NCBI GenBank assembly: GCA_045837725.1
Contig: JBEWZL010000157.1
Coordinates: forward strand, 1 to 64,000
DNA: 64,000 nt
From: Vermamoeba vermiformis
Taxonomy: Eukaryota
Direction: 5' to 3'
The notes under the pieces were generated by a model that was not told the origin of the DNA, searched no databases, and saw nothing but the letters and a program-made list of their open reading frames with translations. This document shows positions 25,937 through 38,800 of the stretch, one piece after another. Each line of letters opens with the position of its first letter. The first letter of the stretch is position 1. A program made the position numbers and the translations under genes.

Positions 25937-27623
25937 TTATTTCTTTACGTAATATTTCATTACAAGTGCGTATATAGCATTGAGAGCTAATTTATTGACT
26001 CGAAAATGCTCCATCCGCCTATTTGTCGCGTGAGTTTGGTTTACTTGCAGTTCGTTTTTTTTGTAAACCTGGCTGTACTCCAATGGGCAATACTCCATGG
26101 TTTTTTGGACGAATAATAGTAATGATATAATTTCCTCTATTGGTATCGGTTCAGCGAAATCATAAACGCTCACATCCACTTTTTCGTGTTCAAGGGACGA
26201 AGCAAATTGGCAGTGTCTGAGATCTACACCAACTATATGTGAAATGATAGGAAAGCCATACATATGAATAGTATAATGCTGAATACGAGCAAGGGTGTAC
26301 CTTAAGAGTTGTTAGTTCGGATCCGTAATTTCAATTTGTTATTTTGGGACTTACGTGTATGAAGTAACTGGAGGAAGCGGAATATTCTCTTTCCAGAATG
26401 GATTTAGCTCCATTGATTTATACTGAATAACTCTTTCGAGAATTTTAAGCACTTTTTTAATTGCGTTTGTTTTGTAGCCGTTATTTTCAACACGCGTTGT
26501 GCCTTCTTCATTTTTGAACTTATATTCTTGTATATAATACACTATGACAGAAAAATAGATCAGCGACGAGTTCGTTCTCGGGTTGTGTACTGGAATTTCA
26601 AAAAAAGGAAATTTTAGACTTACATTCGTTATTCTCCTTTAAAATGAGTTCAAATGATTCTATTAGACTATGACGATCTTTTTCAATCGTCGTTGATATA
26701 TCTGTCTTATGCCTATTGTATTTCACTATATCTAATATCTCTTGATAAACTTTTGGCGACGTTCGAATAGAAATATATCTTGGAGGCATTCGAATTTCGA
26801 AATCTCCTTCTCCATTAGCCCTAACAATGACGTTACAATCATATTCTTCCTGCTTTTTTGGCGTTTTTCGGTATTTGACGTTGATCTCGATCTGCTTTAA
26901 TTCTTCATTTTCATCTTCAATAACATCACTGATTGGTGGTATATCTCTGCCAATGTAATAAATGTTACACATTAGGTAATATAATCTGCTGCTCGCTGTT
27001 TGACTCAATATCTGCATTCCTAAGGGATAAGATCCGTATGAGTTATAGCCAAAATATTGTGAAGCGCCATTTGATGAGGTTGTGCGGAGTATCAACTGTC
27101 TAACTGATGATCTTTCAACACCTTTCTCTGGCGCCGTCATTATTTCTTTGAGTTCGCGCAAAAAATTGACGAGATCTTGTACCGAGGAGAAAAATCCACG
27201 ATTAATAGCTACAGAGGTTTTGTAATAGTTTACTCCGTTGAAATACGATACTATGGGATAGTATTTATTAATGATATGCTAAATTAAGTGATTTTGAGGT
27301 ACCTTACCACATCCTTTTTTAATCGTGTAACTGCGTCTGGATACATCTTCAATATAACGAGTTTCAATTTGCAAAAATATGATGTCGTGATTAACAATAT
27401 GCTTGTATTTATCACGCCAGTATTTGCACGACAAATAGATTGATGCTGCTGCTTGAATTGAGGTTTGCAAAAAGATCGTGTTCATTAGATCGAACGGGAG
27501 AATGCCAATTGAGCCTGCATATGCAACAATAATTTAAAAAAATGTTTAAAACATTTATTAGCATTTAACGTGCTGACTGTCATATAATTATAATTTTATT
27601 TTATTTTTCTTACCGTGATCCAT
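25937..27623 (-). CDS. Divergent F-box protein
   Basis: Spliced N-terminus MDHGSIGILPFDLMNTIFLQTSIQAAASIYLSCKYWRDKY (LP...IF...CKxW); remainder unrecognised; 3' end uncertain. Confidence 0.6.
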
Positions 27624-27838
27624 GGTTGGTGGTTGTTATGACTCGTGTATGGTTGTGGTGTTAGTGATTAAATTATAAGTGATTATTTTAAATTACACCC
27701 TAATGTTCTAGTCTTTTTCTCTATCGTGTGACACAAGTCCCGTTGAAAATGCCAATCAAAAATTGCTATAATAATTGAATTTATGCGTTGTGCGCCACTT
27801 TGACCGGTTATGCGAGATAAACAGTTCGGAGTTTATTA

Positions 27839-29954
27839 TTAATCATCCTCCATATCATCTCCGTCCTCTTCGCTATTCGAATAGTCGCTCAGATCGCTAT
27901 CAGAATCGTCCAAGCAAACCGATAAGAAGTAGGCTTCAGTGGAGCGAGGTGCCAAGAAGTCGAACCAGCTCACTTCAGTTCTAGCGAACTGTATCGCTAA
28001 TGCTGCGAAGAAATTGACGGTTTCCAGATCCGATAAATTTTCTGGGAATTCCATTAATGTTTTTAGCTCTTGAATAACATCTGGATGATGAATAACCGGC
28101 GCAGAGTTCTTGTTTGGAGCTTGTACGTATGTCAATAGTGCAACGGTCTCTTTTTCTTTCTTTTCGAGCGACTTGATCCCGACGCCGCGGATCATCAAGC
28201 TGCTGTAATTGTTCATGCTTTCAAACTGAGCGGCAAAACGTTAAAATATGATAATACAATTGCTTTAAATGTAACGTACGTTATCTACTTTGAATACGGC
28301 CATTTGAGAACTATTAAAAGTGATCGAGTAGCCAAAGGTGGACCAACGTCCAAACATCGCTGTAAACTCCGTTAATATCGCTTAAAATTATTATTATAAC
28401 TCGTATAGTACGTACTGCGCAGGGGTTTAGTCAACTCTGCGAAATTTCTTTCGAGTTTGAACCACTCGATCTTGTTCGTAAACAGATCTTGCAACTTAGC
28501 GAGGTTATATTGCGGCACTATTGATCCCATATGCTTAGCAATATCAACGAAGCGCTTTTTGTTCTTAATTCGCATGATCGTCATCAGCCAATAAGCCTGC
28601 AGTGCGTTACGCAGCTGATCGTGGTAAAGTGTTGCTCGTTCAAGCGAATCAAATGTGACTTTATGCCCTGAAATCATCTTCTTTAATTCGTGGGTGAGCT
28701 GGGCTAACGAAGGAGTCTTTCCGCCAGGCAAGATCTGCGACGAAAAATTTTTGAGATCCCATCCGGAACAAATCCGCTTTCAAACTTTACCTCTTCGATG
28801 CGATCGTCGATTATAGAGAAAGGACCATTGCCTTGTTCGACTAATAAAGGACTACCATCCATTGAAACTTCAATTTCGTGGTTGGAATAGCCTAGCGCGA
28901 GCTTGTGGTAGTTGAACATCGATAGAACAAAGCGAATGAAGCAGTATTCATGTTCATGAGGCTCATATTCATCTCCGTACGTATGTTTCAAGCTCCATTG
29001 AGGTACACCAAGCGCTGTTACGAGGCTACAAAAAAAAGTCAGCCACATCTGCATTGTTTTAGAGTTACTTACGTATTGATGGTCGTCTGTGAGATTTGTA
29101 ATACTCCGTTGACTATTCTTCCATTATTGATAGCAAGTAGACCCAATTTTCTATCGTATTCTTCGTAATTGCTCGTAAAATCATCGAAGATCTCCTTGCT
29201 GGTTCGGAGTTCGCCAGGCGCCTTCTTATTTTTGTAGTCAATAATGCCCGCGACCATGGCACCGCTCATTTGAATATCGCCCATGTAGGAAAAGTACGAT
29301 TGAAGGATAACTAAAAGAAAAACATTGTCAGTGATCAAATCCGTCATTTAATCACATATTTCGAGGAAATACCATAAGAGCTGTTATTGTTTGGTATATG
29401 GATGCCAATTGTCTGATTTACTGGTCCTAATTGAAGGTATACCGCAGAATTGAAGATATTCTTCGCGATATTTTTGTCCTCATCCGTTTTAAATATTTGG
29501 TCGATCATAAAGGGGACTACAGCTCGTTGTTCCTGCACGTTGACCCACTAAATATAATAAATTAATTATTTTGAAAATATTAATTAAAAGAAAAAAACGC
29601 GCGGTAAATATTATTCCGGCTTGATCTTACTCTAACGAGGGTTCCAAATAATGAACTTGTTTTAGGCTCCCTAATGGCAGTAACATCGTTGAAATTTAGC
29701 ATCGTCTTTCGTAAAGCAGGCAATAGACCAACGAATCTGTTTGGATTCAGTTGATCTACTTTCTTCTGAAACGCCTTGCTAACCAATCTACATTGTAAGA
29801 ATATAGGAATGCTATTTTCTACCATTTTTTGGAACGGATTGCGCGTTTCTGGGTCGTGGATGTGTCTAGCTCCATCCGAAGCAGGCGTCATTGGCTCGCT
29901 CAAATGAGCTAATATTTGCTCAAATATTTCTTCTGGACAATCCAATAAGTTCAT
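27839..29954 (-). CDS. F-box protein (F-box with insertion) with acidic C-terminus
   Basis: MNLLDCPEEIFEQILAHL ... IFLQCRLVSKAFQKKVD; multi-exon; ends DDSDSDLSDYSNSEEDGDDMEDD. Confidence 0.65.
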
Positions 29955-30456
29955 TAGGGCAAGATGTTGTGCTGATCGGTGCAACTGTCAAAATGCAATT
30001 CGCGACAAATTCCGTTTTTATCTTGCCCTATTTCCTGGAAATAGCTTACCTGAGGGACAGGTTGTGTTCCATTATCCCAATATTGCTGCTCTAGTCTTTT
30101 GAGCGGATTTTTTTATGTAGGAAGTCACCTTGGGCGAAATTGCAGTAGCCGAACCAACAAAACTTCCGACAGCAGAATTAGGCCTCACAAATCATGGAGT
30201 GCACTGACAAGACAAACACCAATCCTATTCATTCACCAGTGTCTCACTTAGCATCGTTGTAATTGCTTGGTTGTCATGATCGTGGCAACTTATTTTATTA
30301 CACGCATTGATTGTTCGTATTACAGAGCAACAAATGACCACCAATAGAATCGTTTGTGACACTCCTTGCCCTTGTGCTATATCGCCTTCTTACTCCACAC
30401 GTTCATCGTGTAACGGATGCTGGATCAGTCAGATTTTCTGTTCTGGAGGTACCTCG

Positions 30457-31655
30457 TCAAGCATTCCGTTGCATTAACTCCACGAATTTGTCGTGTCCAA
30501 TATCGATCATTTTCTCCATAGTCTCCGTAGTGTCATTAATCATCCAAATTTCCTCCGGATCCATCAACAACTCGGTCATGTAGTTCAGTTGCATAATACC
30601 AGTGATGTAGTACAGCGGAACAATTATCTTCCACTCGTCGGCTGTTAACGGAAATCCACGTGTTCGTTGATATTCGTTCATGAACGCGCGTGTCAAATTG
30701 ACGTCAAGTTGCGATCCGACAAAACACCAACAAAATATGGACTGGGCAATGTCAGCGACCAATGGGCCGTAAAATGCATCGTCAAAGTCGAGTACTGCTG
30801 CAACTTGTTCCTTATTAGCGTCAAATAAGACATTTTCGTCGTGCAAATCCGCGTGGATCACGCCTTGAGGTACATTTGCAAGTCTTTGCACGAATTCTTC
30901 GCGCGTGATCGGATCGTCTAGAAATTCGAGTTGTTTGCAGATATTTCCTATTCTGGCAAATATCTCCGCGTGATCTGCCGCCCAATCCAGGTGATCTTCC
31001 AACATGTGATCTTTGATCTCGAGGTAATCTATCGCGCTTCGGGCCTCGTTCTTCCATTCTAAGCTGTTGTAGGTCAATTTATGCTGATTGCCTAAATATT
31101 CTGCTATTTTTAGGGCTTGCCAAGTCTGTCTCGAGGTCGGATGCGCCGGATTTCCATTCACGAATTTGACTCCTTCGACAAATTCAGATAAAACGCCATA
31201 ATAGTCATCTTGCGTGACGTGTATTCCTTTTTTGGAAAGAATCGAATCGGATTCGCTCGCGTTTTTAAATGTGCAAACTTTTGGGACTGGAAGATTATGG
31301 TTTTTCAAATGGCAAAGTAGATCCACCTCGAAAATAAGCGCGTCGGTCGTTCTATTCATATAATCCTTCGTATATACTCGCAAAGCGTATTTCTTGTCGT
31401 CTACAGTCGAGATCTTGAATGTCGAGTTGACCCATCCGCCTGTCAATCGTTCAATTTCTTTTGATTTTGCTAGGCCACAATTTTCTAGAATTTTGTCGAC
31501 ATTTTCATGCGATATCTAACCACGAAATAATTAGTCTACAATAAATAAATAATTTATCTTTAAAAGTTATCTTTATTGGCATAGCTGCAATTTATATACG
31601 AATGTTAACGTTCGATAACAATGTATTAATAACGTATACTTACTGATTGCAACAT
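30457..31655 (-). CDS. APH/choline-kinase-fold phosphotransferase, homoserine kinase type II-like
   Basis: GGWVNSTF, YALRVY, Brenner-type GVIHADLHDENVLF, VLDFDDA; 4-codon first exon MLQS spliced to one long exon. Confidence 0.85.
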
Positions 31656-31897
31656 CTTGTTCTCCTTCTACTGAGAAATTAAATTGAATGAAAAAATCTG
31701 AGCGACACATTTGAACTTTCTTCGGCGGCTTCCGCGAGGTATTACCCATATAAGGAAAAGAAAGAAGCTTCTTCAATATAATTTCTCACTACGTAGTCCA
31801 GTTTAGAATATCCTCCGAGCACATCCGTAAGATTTTTGTGTTTGTAACGGATTAGGCCTAAGTTGCCGCTTTAATTATCCTATCATGATGAAACTAT

Positions 31898-32588
31898 TTA
31901 CATTGCAATGCACTTCTCGTGCTTTTTCTTATTGTTATCGCGGCTATTCCGCTCATTAATATCTTGCACAGCCACATCCATAGCTGACTCGAACAATATT
32001 GCGAGTCCCTCTTGCGTTAACGCCGAGGTCTCGTAATAATTCTTGGCACCTATTTTAGTGGCTAATACTTCGCCCTGTTCGTAGGTCACTGGCACTTGAC
32101 CATTCTGTTCCATTTTGAGGATGTGCTCACCATCTTGACGAAGATCCAGTTTCAGACCCACTAATAAGACTGGGACCTTAGGCCAATACTGAGATATAAT
32201 AGCGGTCCACTTTGATGCTATTTGCTCAAACGAGAGCGGATCTACAACCGAGAAACATAATAAAATGACATTTGGTCGCACTGTCTTGCTTACTTCCACG
32301 TCGCTAACGATAATATGTTAATATAATATATATATTAATTAATACGTACCTATGGCTTCTAATATTTAAGGCAACATTCGTTCTGTCACTCGTGCGAGTG
32401 TTAGCCGCTAAAAAATAATTAAAAATTTAAAAATTTATTGTAAAGTATTATAGGCTAATACGCTTACTATAATTATCATCGTGTCTTTGAAGTGCGTTAG
32501 AATCAGCAAATATATTATTCACGTAACTGAGAACCAAACTTGTTTTGCCAACTTGATCCCCAAGAATCAGACACGATAAGTGCAACAT
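31898..32588 (-). CDS. Atypical Rho-family GTPase (degenerate G1-G3), CAAX-terminated
   Basis: LILGDQVGKTSLVLSY, VILLCFSVVDPLSFEQIASKW, LVGLKLDLR, Rho insert, YYETSALTQEGL, ends KKKHEKCIAM; 3 exons. Confidence 0.85.
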
Positions 32589-32772
32589 TTCCTCGGCAAA
32601 TATCGTGCTAATAGTTCATTTTACATATCTATTTTATAGCATGCCTGGACGACTATCTGGGCATTAAAGATTTTTTGGTTGGTGAACAAATATTCTTTTT
32701 TGTTTTCAATGTAAATACGCGACCATATTTATTGTAGCGAATATCTAGATATTTTATATAAATATAAGACGA

Positions 32773-34987
32773 ATGGAAAGCAAATTTAAGCTTGCTGGGC
32801 TGGTGTTCGTGGAGTGGGATCTGATCCCTGTTATTTACGCTGGTCTCAATATCTTGAGCCGTAAGTACTTTTTAAATATTAACATCATACATATAAAATA
32901 TGCTCGTATTATATCTTAATCAAAGTTAGTCACGCGATGTCACAACAAGAGAGATCTTTTGTTTATTGTGTTCAACAAATTTTAATTAACAAGATAATAC
33001 CAAATTATGCGTACACAATATTAAAAGATGTTATTTGACATTCAATATTAATTTTAAAAATTGATCTAGTCGTTATGGCCTTCACCGCCGGAGAAAAATT
33101 ATTGGGCCGGTATTCAAAATTTGTAACGATGAAAAACGATGACTCAGGTATGTTATTAAACATGATATATATCCAAATTGATCTATTCTAATTGCCTAAT
33201 TTAGAAATGATTGATGGGCGCAAAGGCATGCTTTTGTTTTATAGCCCTGCATTTATATCACACGTCGCTCTATACTTCTTATTTGGCGCGCCTATGTCAC
33301 TGTATCATATATTAATATTTCTTGGTATTACTATTCATTTTGCTAAGCGACTCTTGGAGGTAAGTTTACTACATCCGCTTTCTACCAAAAGTTTAGTCTT
33401 AAATGCTTTACAATTATTATATACTAAACGCTATCATAACATGTAGGTGCTTTATGTACATATATACACCAATCAAGTTGAATTACAATCGACTTTAGCC
33501 GGATCTATTTTTTATGCAGCAAGCTACGGAGTTGCGTTTGCTTATTATGCCTATTACTTGATCGATCCATCATGTAAGTCTAACCTATATTATTATGCTC
33601 ATTATTGTTATTATTGTTTTGTTGAATTACTACTGGACGAAATTGAACGTTTGGGATCGGATGTCGTTCTTTCTTTGGGCCACCAAGAATGAAATTTTTA
33701 GCGCGTTTCATCGGCTTGAGTGATTTCATGCCACATTCAGTACATTCTAAGCACAAGACTATTTTTTTGGTGGTCTTAGCCTTTAATAGAATTTCGTTAG
33801 TTTGAAATTCGATCCAAGTCTTTATTTTACCTTCTTATGAAATATTGGCATAGCCTGAGGATTTATTCTAGGTGCTATAATTTGATGACGTCTTTTGCCT
33901 ATTGAATTGAATTTTAGCCAATGAAATCAGATTTTTCTCGTATGCTCGATCCAAATTTACCTTGCGTGTAAGGTCTTGATCGACCAGTTTTATATTGAGC
34001 GACTTTATGATTAGTATGTTTTCTGCATTGTCTAGATTTGCAAAAGGTTTTGCGATGTTTGGGGACGTTGACCTTAATTATAAAATAATCAGATCCGGCA
34101 ATCCAAAAATTAGTTAGTTGTTTACGTACCATAAAATAAAAAAGGACTAAGGAACTACTAATTGAATCGGGCGCGTGATTTTTTATTGCTCGCCTTAAAA
34201 ATTTGCCTGTCAAAAATTGGAAATTTGACACTCAAATTCAATTTCGTTTCGCTGCCTTCGCATGTTTTTCGCACCTTTTTTTAACTGAATCAATGGTGAA
34301 AAATCCAACCGCCATAATCATAATCAAATTGACATTTTGCAAAATTGCGGTTCGCGATGGATCGAGATACTTGGTTTATCGAGTCATGAATTCCTAACCC
34401 ATTGTATTAATTATAGTCCCTGTTATACTCAATTTCGAGAAGTATTGGCTCATTGGCGCAGTTTTATACGTCATTGGCATCGCTTCAAATGGTTATCATC
34501 ACTGGCTGCTACGCGAAGTTCGATTGAACAAAAAGAGCCAGCTTCAACGCCAAATACTCAAAATAATAATAAGGTGGTTAATAAGGCTAATACTCCTGGC
34601 AAGAACCAAGCGGCTGCTTCGCCTTCAGTCGAGATCAAATCCGGATCGGTCAAAGTCCGAGTCGATGTCTCGAAGACAAATAACAATAATACTAATATTA
34701 ATAATAATCCTCAACCTAATACTACTGCGAAGAAGGAGACTAGCGATAATCAATATGAAATACCTCGCGGAGGATTATTTGAGTACGTAGTTTGTCCGCA
34801 CTATTTCAGTGAATTGATTGAGCTGATTGGCCTCGCAATCATATTCAAGCATTTAGTAGGCTACTTAATCGTCTTATTCTCGATTATTAGTCTCGCGCAT
34901 CGAGCGGACACTACGCTCAAATGGTACGCCAAAAACAAACCTAATTTTCCAAAGGACAAATTGCGGTTAATTCCGTTTGTTTGGTAA
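32773..34987 (+). CDS. Steroid 5-alpha-reductase / enoyl-reductase family membrane protein (apparent missing A at 34530-34534)
   Basis: [67 protein letters not shown]; 843-nt intron at 33574-34416. Confidence 0.88.
33580..34132 (-). CDS. RPL36A: Divergent 60S ribosomal protein eL42 (L36a/L44) paralog, nested antisense in an intron
   Basis: Exons 34132-34130, 34072-33961, 33898-33831, 33780-33580 give 127 aa: [63 protein letters not shown]. Confidence 0.92.
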
Positions 34988-35055
34988 TGAACATAAAGCT
35001 CATTTTGTATTGAAATGAATATTTATTTAAGTCCATGAATTACTAACGGAAAGGC

Positions 35056-35697
35056 TTACATTTTTAAGTTAGCAAGTGCATCTTCGATGTTGACTTCTTC
35101 GCCTCCGTTCTTCATCTTCTTGCCCTCGGTTAAGACTCTTATTTTAGTACATACTCACCAGTTATTTTTCAGATAGGCACGAAATTTTTCTTTTTTAATG
35201 GTTGACGGAGAAGACGTTTGATCGTACACCCCTCGCAGAGCACGCCGTAGAGTTCGCCTCTTCAGTTCCCACTGGATACGCGCCGCACTCTCAGTCTCCG
35301 TCTCTACTACTCCGCAGGGCGAGAGTTGGTAGCCAAAAATTTATCCACAAAGACCCCGGACTCGCAGCGAGCCCCAAGAGAGCGTTGATCGAAAGGGGCC
35401 CCCAACGCGAGACGTTCTCGGGACCAATTGCAGCTTTTCGCTCTTGTTTAGAGCGTTGCAAACCCTCCTCCGAAGTTAAATTTTTATTTTTGCTCCGCGA
35501 GAAACCGATGTTTTCCCTTTGTCTTCAAAAATTGTAAAAGATGACCACATAGGACGACCATTTTGGTCTAGACTACTCGAGTAATGATAGAGATTATCAT
35601 CATCCAGGATTTGATATTGCGGAGGTTGAGCAAGCTGCGGTTGTCCTTGAAACTGGATATGCTCGTTGATTTGATGCTGAGCTTGTGGTTGGGCCAT
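35056..35697 (-). pseudogene. Possible disrupted Gln-rich gene
   Basis: Protein-like frames (MAQPQAQHQ..., GYQLSPCGVVETETESAARIQWELKRRTLRR...) separated by stops or frame changes; GTGAGT donor near 35158. Confidence 0.25.
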
Positions 35698-35808
35698 CGT
35701 TGTTGATTACTGTGGTTGTGAGATAGAAAAGAAGGCAAGACATCGCTTTCTCAATTAACTCACTATAAACGGTGGGACAATTATTTGTTCCGCTCTAATT
35801 AAATTTTA

Positions 35809-38800
35809 TCAACCGTCAAAATTGTTCAAGTACTCTTCTTCTTGCAACATCCGCGCCATTTCTTCGTCGGTCATAAATTCCATGTTATTAACCGGATTAG
35901 CTCCTGGCGTGGGAACAAAATTATTTGGTTGTTGAGGTTGTAGGTGACCAGGCAGGAAATTATTATTATCGTGTAAAGGTACGTTTCGCCATATTGTTCT
36001 CGCTTGATCCGCAATTCTTTTTTGTTCCGCTTCATTTTTTCTTTTCGCCTCCTCGCGCCTTCGCATCTCTTGTTCTTCTTGTAGTTTTTGTTCGTTGCGC
36101 TGCTTTTGTGCGTGGTACTCCATTGACTTGCGCATTGCTTCAGCGTTCATTTGATCTAGAAGGTATTTGTTCTCGCCTGTAATCTCCACTTTATTTTCGA
36201 CTTTTTCCGGCGCGTAGAACATCTGCGCAGAAAAAAAAATCAGAAAATAATATTTCCAAATATGGTAATAATGACTTACATCGAGATCATCGTCATCGTC
36301 GCTAATTTGCATGCTATCACTTTCATCTTCATCTTCGCTGATCTGATCTTGATCTTCATTCTCTGCCTCGCTGTCGTAGGATTCTTCGCTCTCGTCCGAA
36401 CCATAATTATCGTCGTTGCGAGAGGTCATATTGTTGTTACTATTTGTGGTATGATAGTTCGATTTCTTGATCGACTGGTCTTGCGAGTTACTTAGGCCGG
36501 CATCCTTGTTCTTGCCAAAGTTGATTAAAGCCGAATGGAACAAACCAAAGCTGCGTAGTTCGTTCTCAACAGGTGTTGCCTCGCGCAATTTTTGAATCAA
36601 AGTCGTGTTGGTCAAACGAAGTTCTTGCACTGTCTTGTCATAGGTGCTCAGATCGAGAATCGTCTTCGGCGGCACTACCAAGTCAAAGGCCTTGTCGCCA
36701 AGTTTGACGGCACTGTATTACCAAATTAGGAAATGTCGGTCAAAACCAGCGGTTGAAACTTACTGTCTTGCGTAGGCATAAAGATCTATCACGCGATGCG
36801 TAGGATTGCAATTGATATTCATCACGGCACCAGATGTCAATCTGTTCATGAATTAGCATAATCTGCTGTTTGACACGTGTCATCTTTGACATACCTAATC
36901 TTGACACGTACGACCGGTTGATCAGAACGAAGACTAATTTCTTGCTTCGAATACATTTCGGCAATCCTATGAAGGCATTAGTATCGTTATAAATGGTAAA
37001 TGAATGACCTACAATTGCACGTCCTTCATCGACAAGTTGGATCCGCTCGACTTCAACAACGCGGGCAATTTTTCCATTGGCGACATCTCTTTTCTAATGC
37101 CCGAGAATGCGCTGAGTAAATTCGTCTTTGTCAGTTCTGATCGTCGTGGCAGCAGATATTTTAAGCTCCACTTGTGTTGCGACCCGTAGATCATTTGAAT
37201 TTCTGCGATAAAATGTCAAAAACTCCGCTCAAAGCCAAAATAGTATGAATTATATACGTACGATCGCCAAATAATTGTTCCGCTCGCTCCTGTAAATGTC
37301 CCATAAACTGCACGGACCTCAAATGCTTCATGTTGTGCATGGCGGCAAGAATTTCACTGAACATCATGTTGGACTTCCATTGCAGATGATACAACGTGAG
37401 AGGTATATTAAATGACTCCTTATAAAGGCCATGAATGTCTTCGACTTCCAACACTCTCAATCGAGTCGGTAGTTTGACATCCACGCCTAAATAAACTTCT
37501 TGTAATTTCAAGGCCTGTAGATTTTTGTACCGGCCCAAATCGATTCTCCGCAGTGTAAGGTTATTTGGGAGAGCATTTACGATTACGACTGGCCGACGAA
37601 TGAACGAGAGCTTTCTCACTGGATGATCGGAAAAGTTGGCGTTGGATCCGAGATCCGAGGCGTCTTCGTTTTGATTGGTGATAGTGGTTGAATTTGCAAG
37701 GCCTTCTATTATTAGATCTTCCGCAAATGGAAATTTTTCGAGTAATTTCTCAAAGTGTAGCGTTTCAAGTTTGAATTCGGGAATTCTGTTGATTTCTAAC
37801 GAGACATTTTTGAGCGACTTTGATCGCGTGAGTAGGTCGATTGCACCAACTGGCATTTGCATAGGAACTAGTTTCAAGCTCTTCAAATGATATCCTAATA
37901 TCTGAGTGTCGTCCTGTTGCTTTTTGTCCATTTTTAGAGTTGCTCCTGATAAATCTAAGTGTTCCAAATTAGGAAAAAGTTGCAACAATTCAACGACATC
38001 CACCGTTCCACTTTGCAAAATTAATGTGCGTAGGGTCAGGCACGGATCGATCGGCAAAGTATAAACTGCCAGCGTTGGTGCGTAAAACGAAGTCGGTCCT
38101 TCTTTCCAAGCACCATCGCCCGAAGTTATTTCCGTGAAATCGTAATTCAACTTTTTGTTCGTGAAAATGAAGTGAATTTTTGCTATTGCGCCTGCAGCAA
38201 GTGATCTTTCGCCTATTAATTCAGACTTATCATCTTCTATTATTCGTGACAGGCCCGACACTTCTTCTAACTTTTGACACGTGTCATTGATTGCGTCCAA
38301 GACAAACTTTGACACTTTGACTGACATATCTGTTCGTAATACTCTCAAATTCTTTGCACTACATAAATATCATTAGTATTATATTAATTATATCCCTACT
38401 ATGCCTTTCTTACGCAATAGGGCCAATTTCTTGAACAGTGTGCTCGCGGTGGCGATATTTACAAATGAATTCTTGCAAGTTTGGCGCGTGCATCAAAAAA
38501 AACTCGAATAATTTGACGTGTTCTGCGGTGAGAATTTGATTCTTCGCCGTTGAAATATTCACGCTGGCCAGATTCGGAGGCAATTTGAACGGAACCGACT
38601 GGATCTTCGGAAGTGCAACGTTTCTTAGTTTGAGCGCTCTAAAAAATAGTTAGAATATTATATAATAATTAGAATATTGTTGATATTAAAATTATTATTA
38701 TTTGCTGCTACGTACATTAGATCAGGAAAATAGCGCAATTGTTCCAACCACATTTCGTCCATTGACGCGGAGTTAATTTCAAGGTGAACTAATTTAATAG

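Larger units (their letters stand above)
14716..38286. repeat. Dispersed 12-bp palindrome TGACACGTGTCA (8 perfect copies)
   Basis: Copies start at 14716, 18757, 20121, 23382, 23419, 24605, 36871 and 38275. Confidence 0.9.

Noticed and set aside
28704-28790. Apparent frameshift between ORFs 28704-29054 and 28372-28731
   Set aside because: Explained by an ordinary GTAAAG...CAG intron
31573-31776. Myristoylated N-terminus MGNTSRK for the phosphotransferase
   Set aside because: Its donor phase does not match the next exon; MLQS at 31655 splices in frame
35440-35480. LRRRVCNALNKS resembling E2F/DP or IRF DNA-binding motifs
   Set aside because: Preceded by an in-frame stop and lacking the rest of either domain
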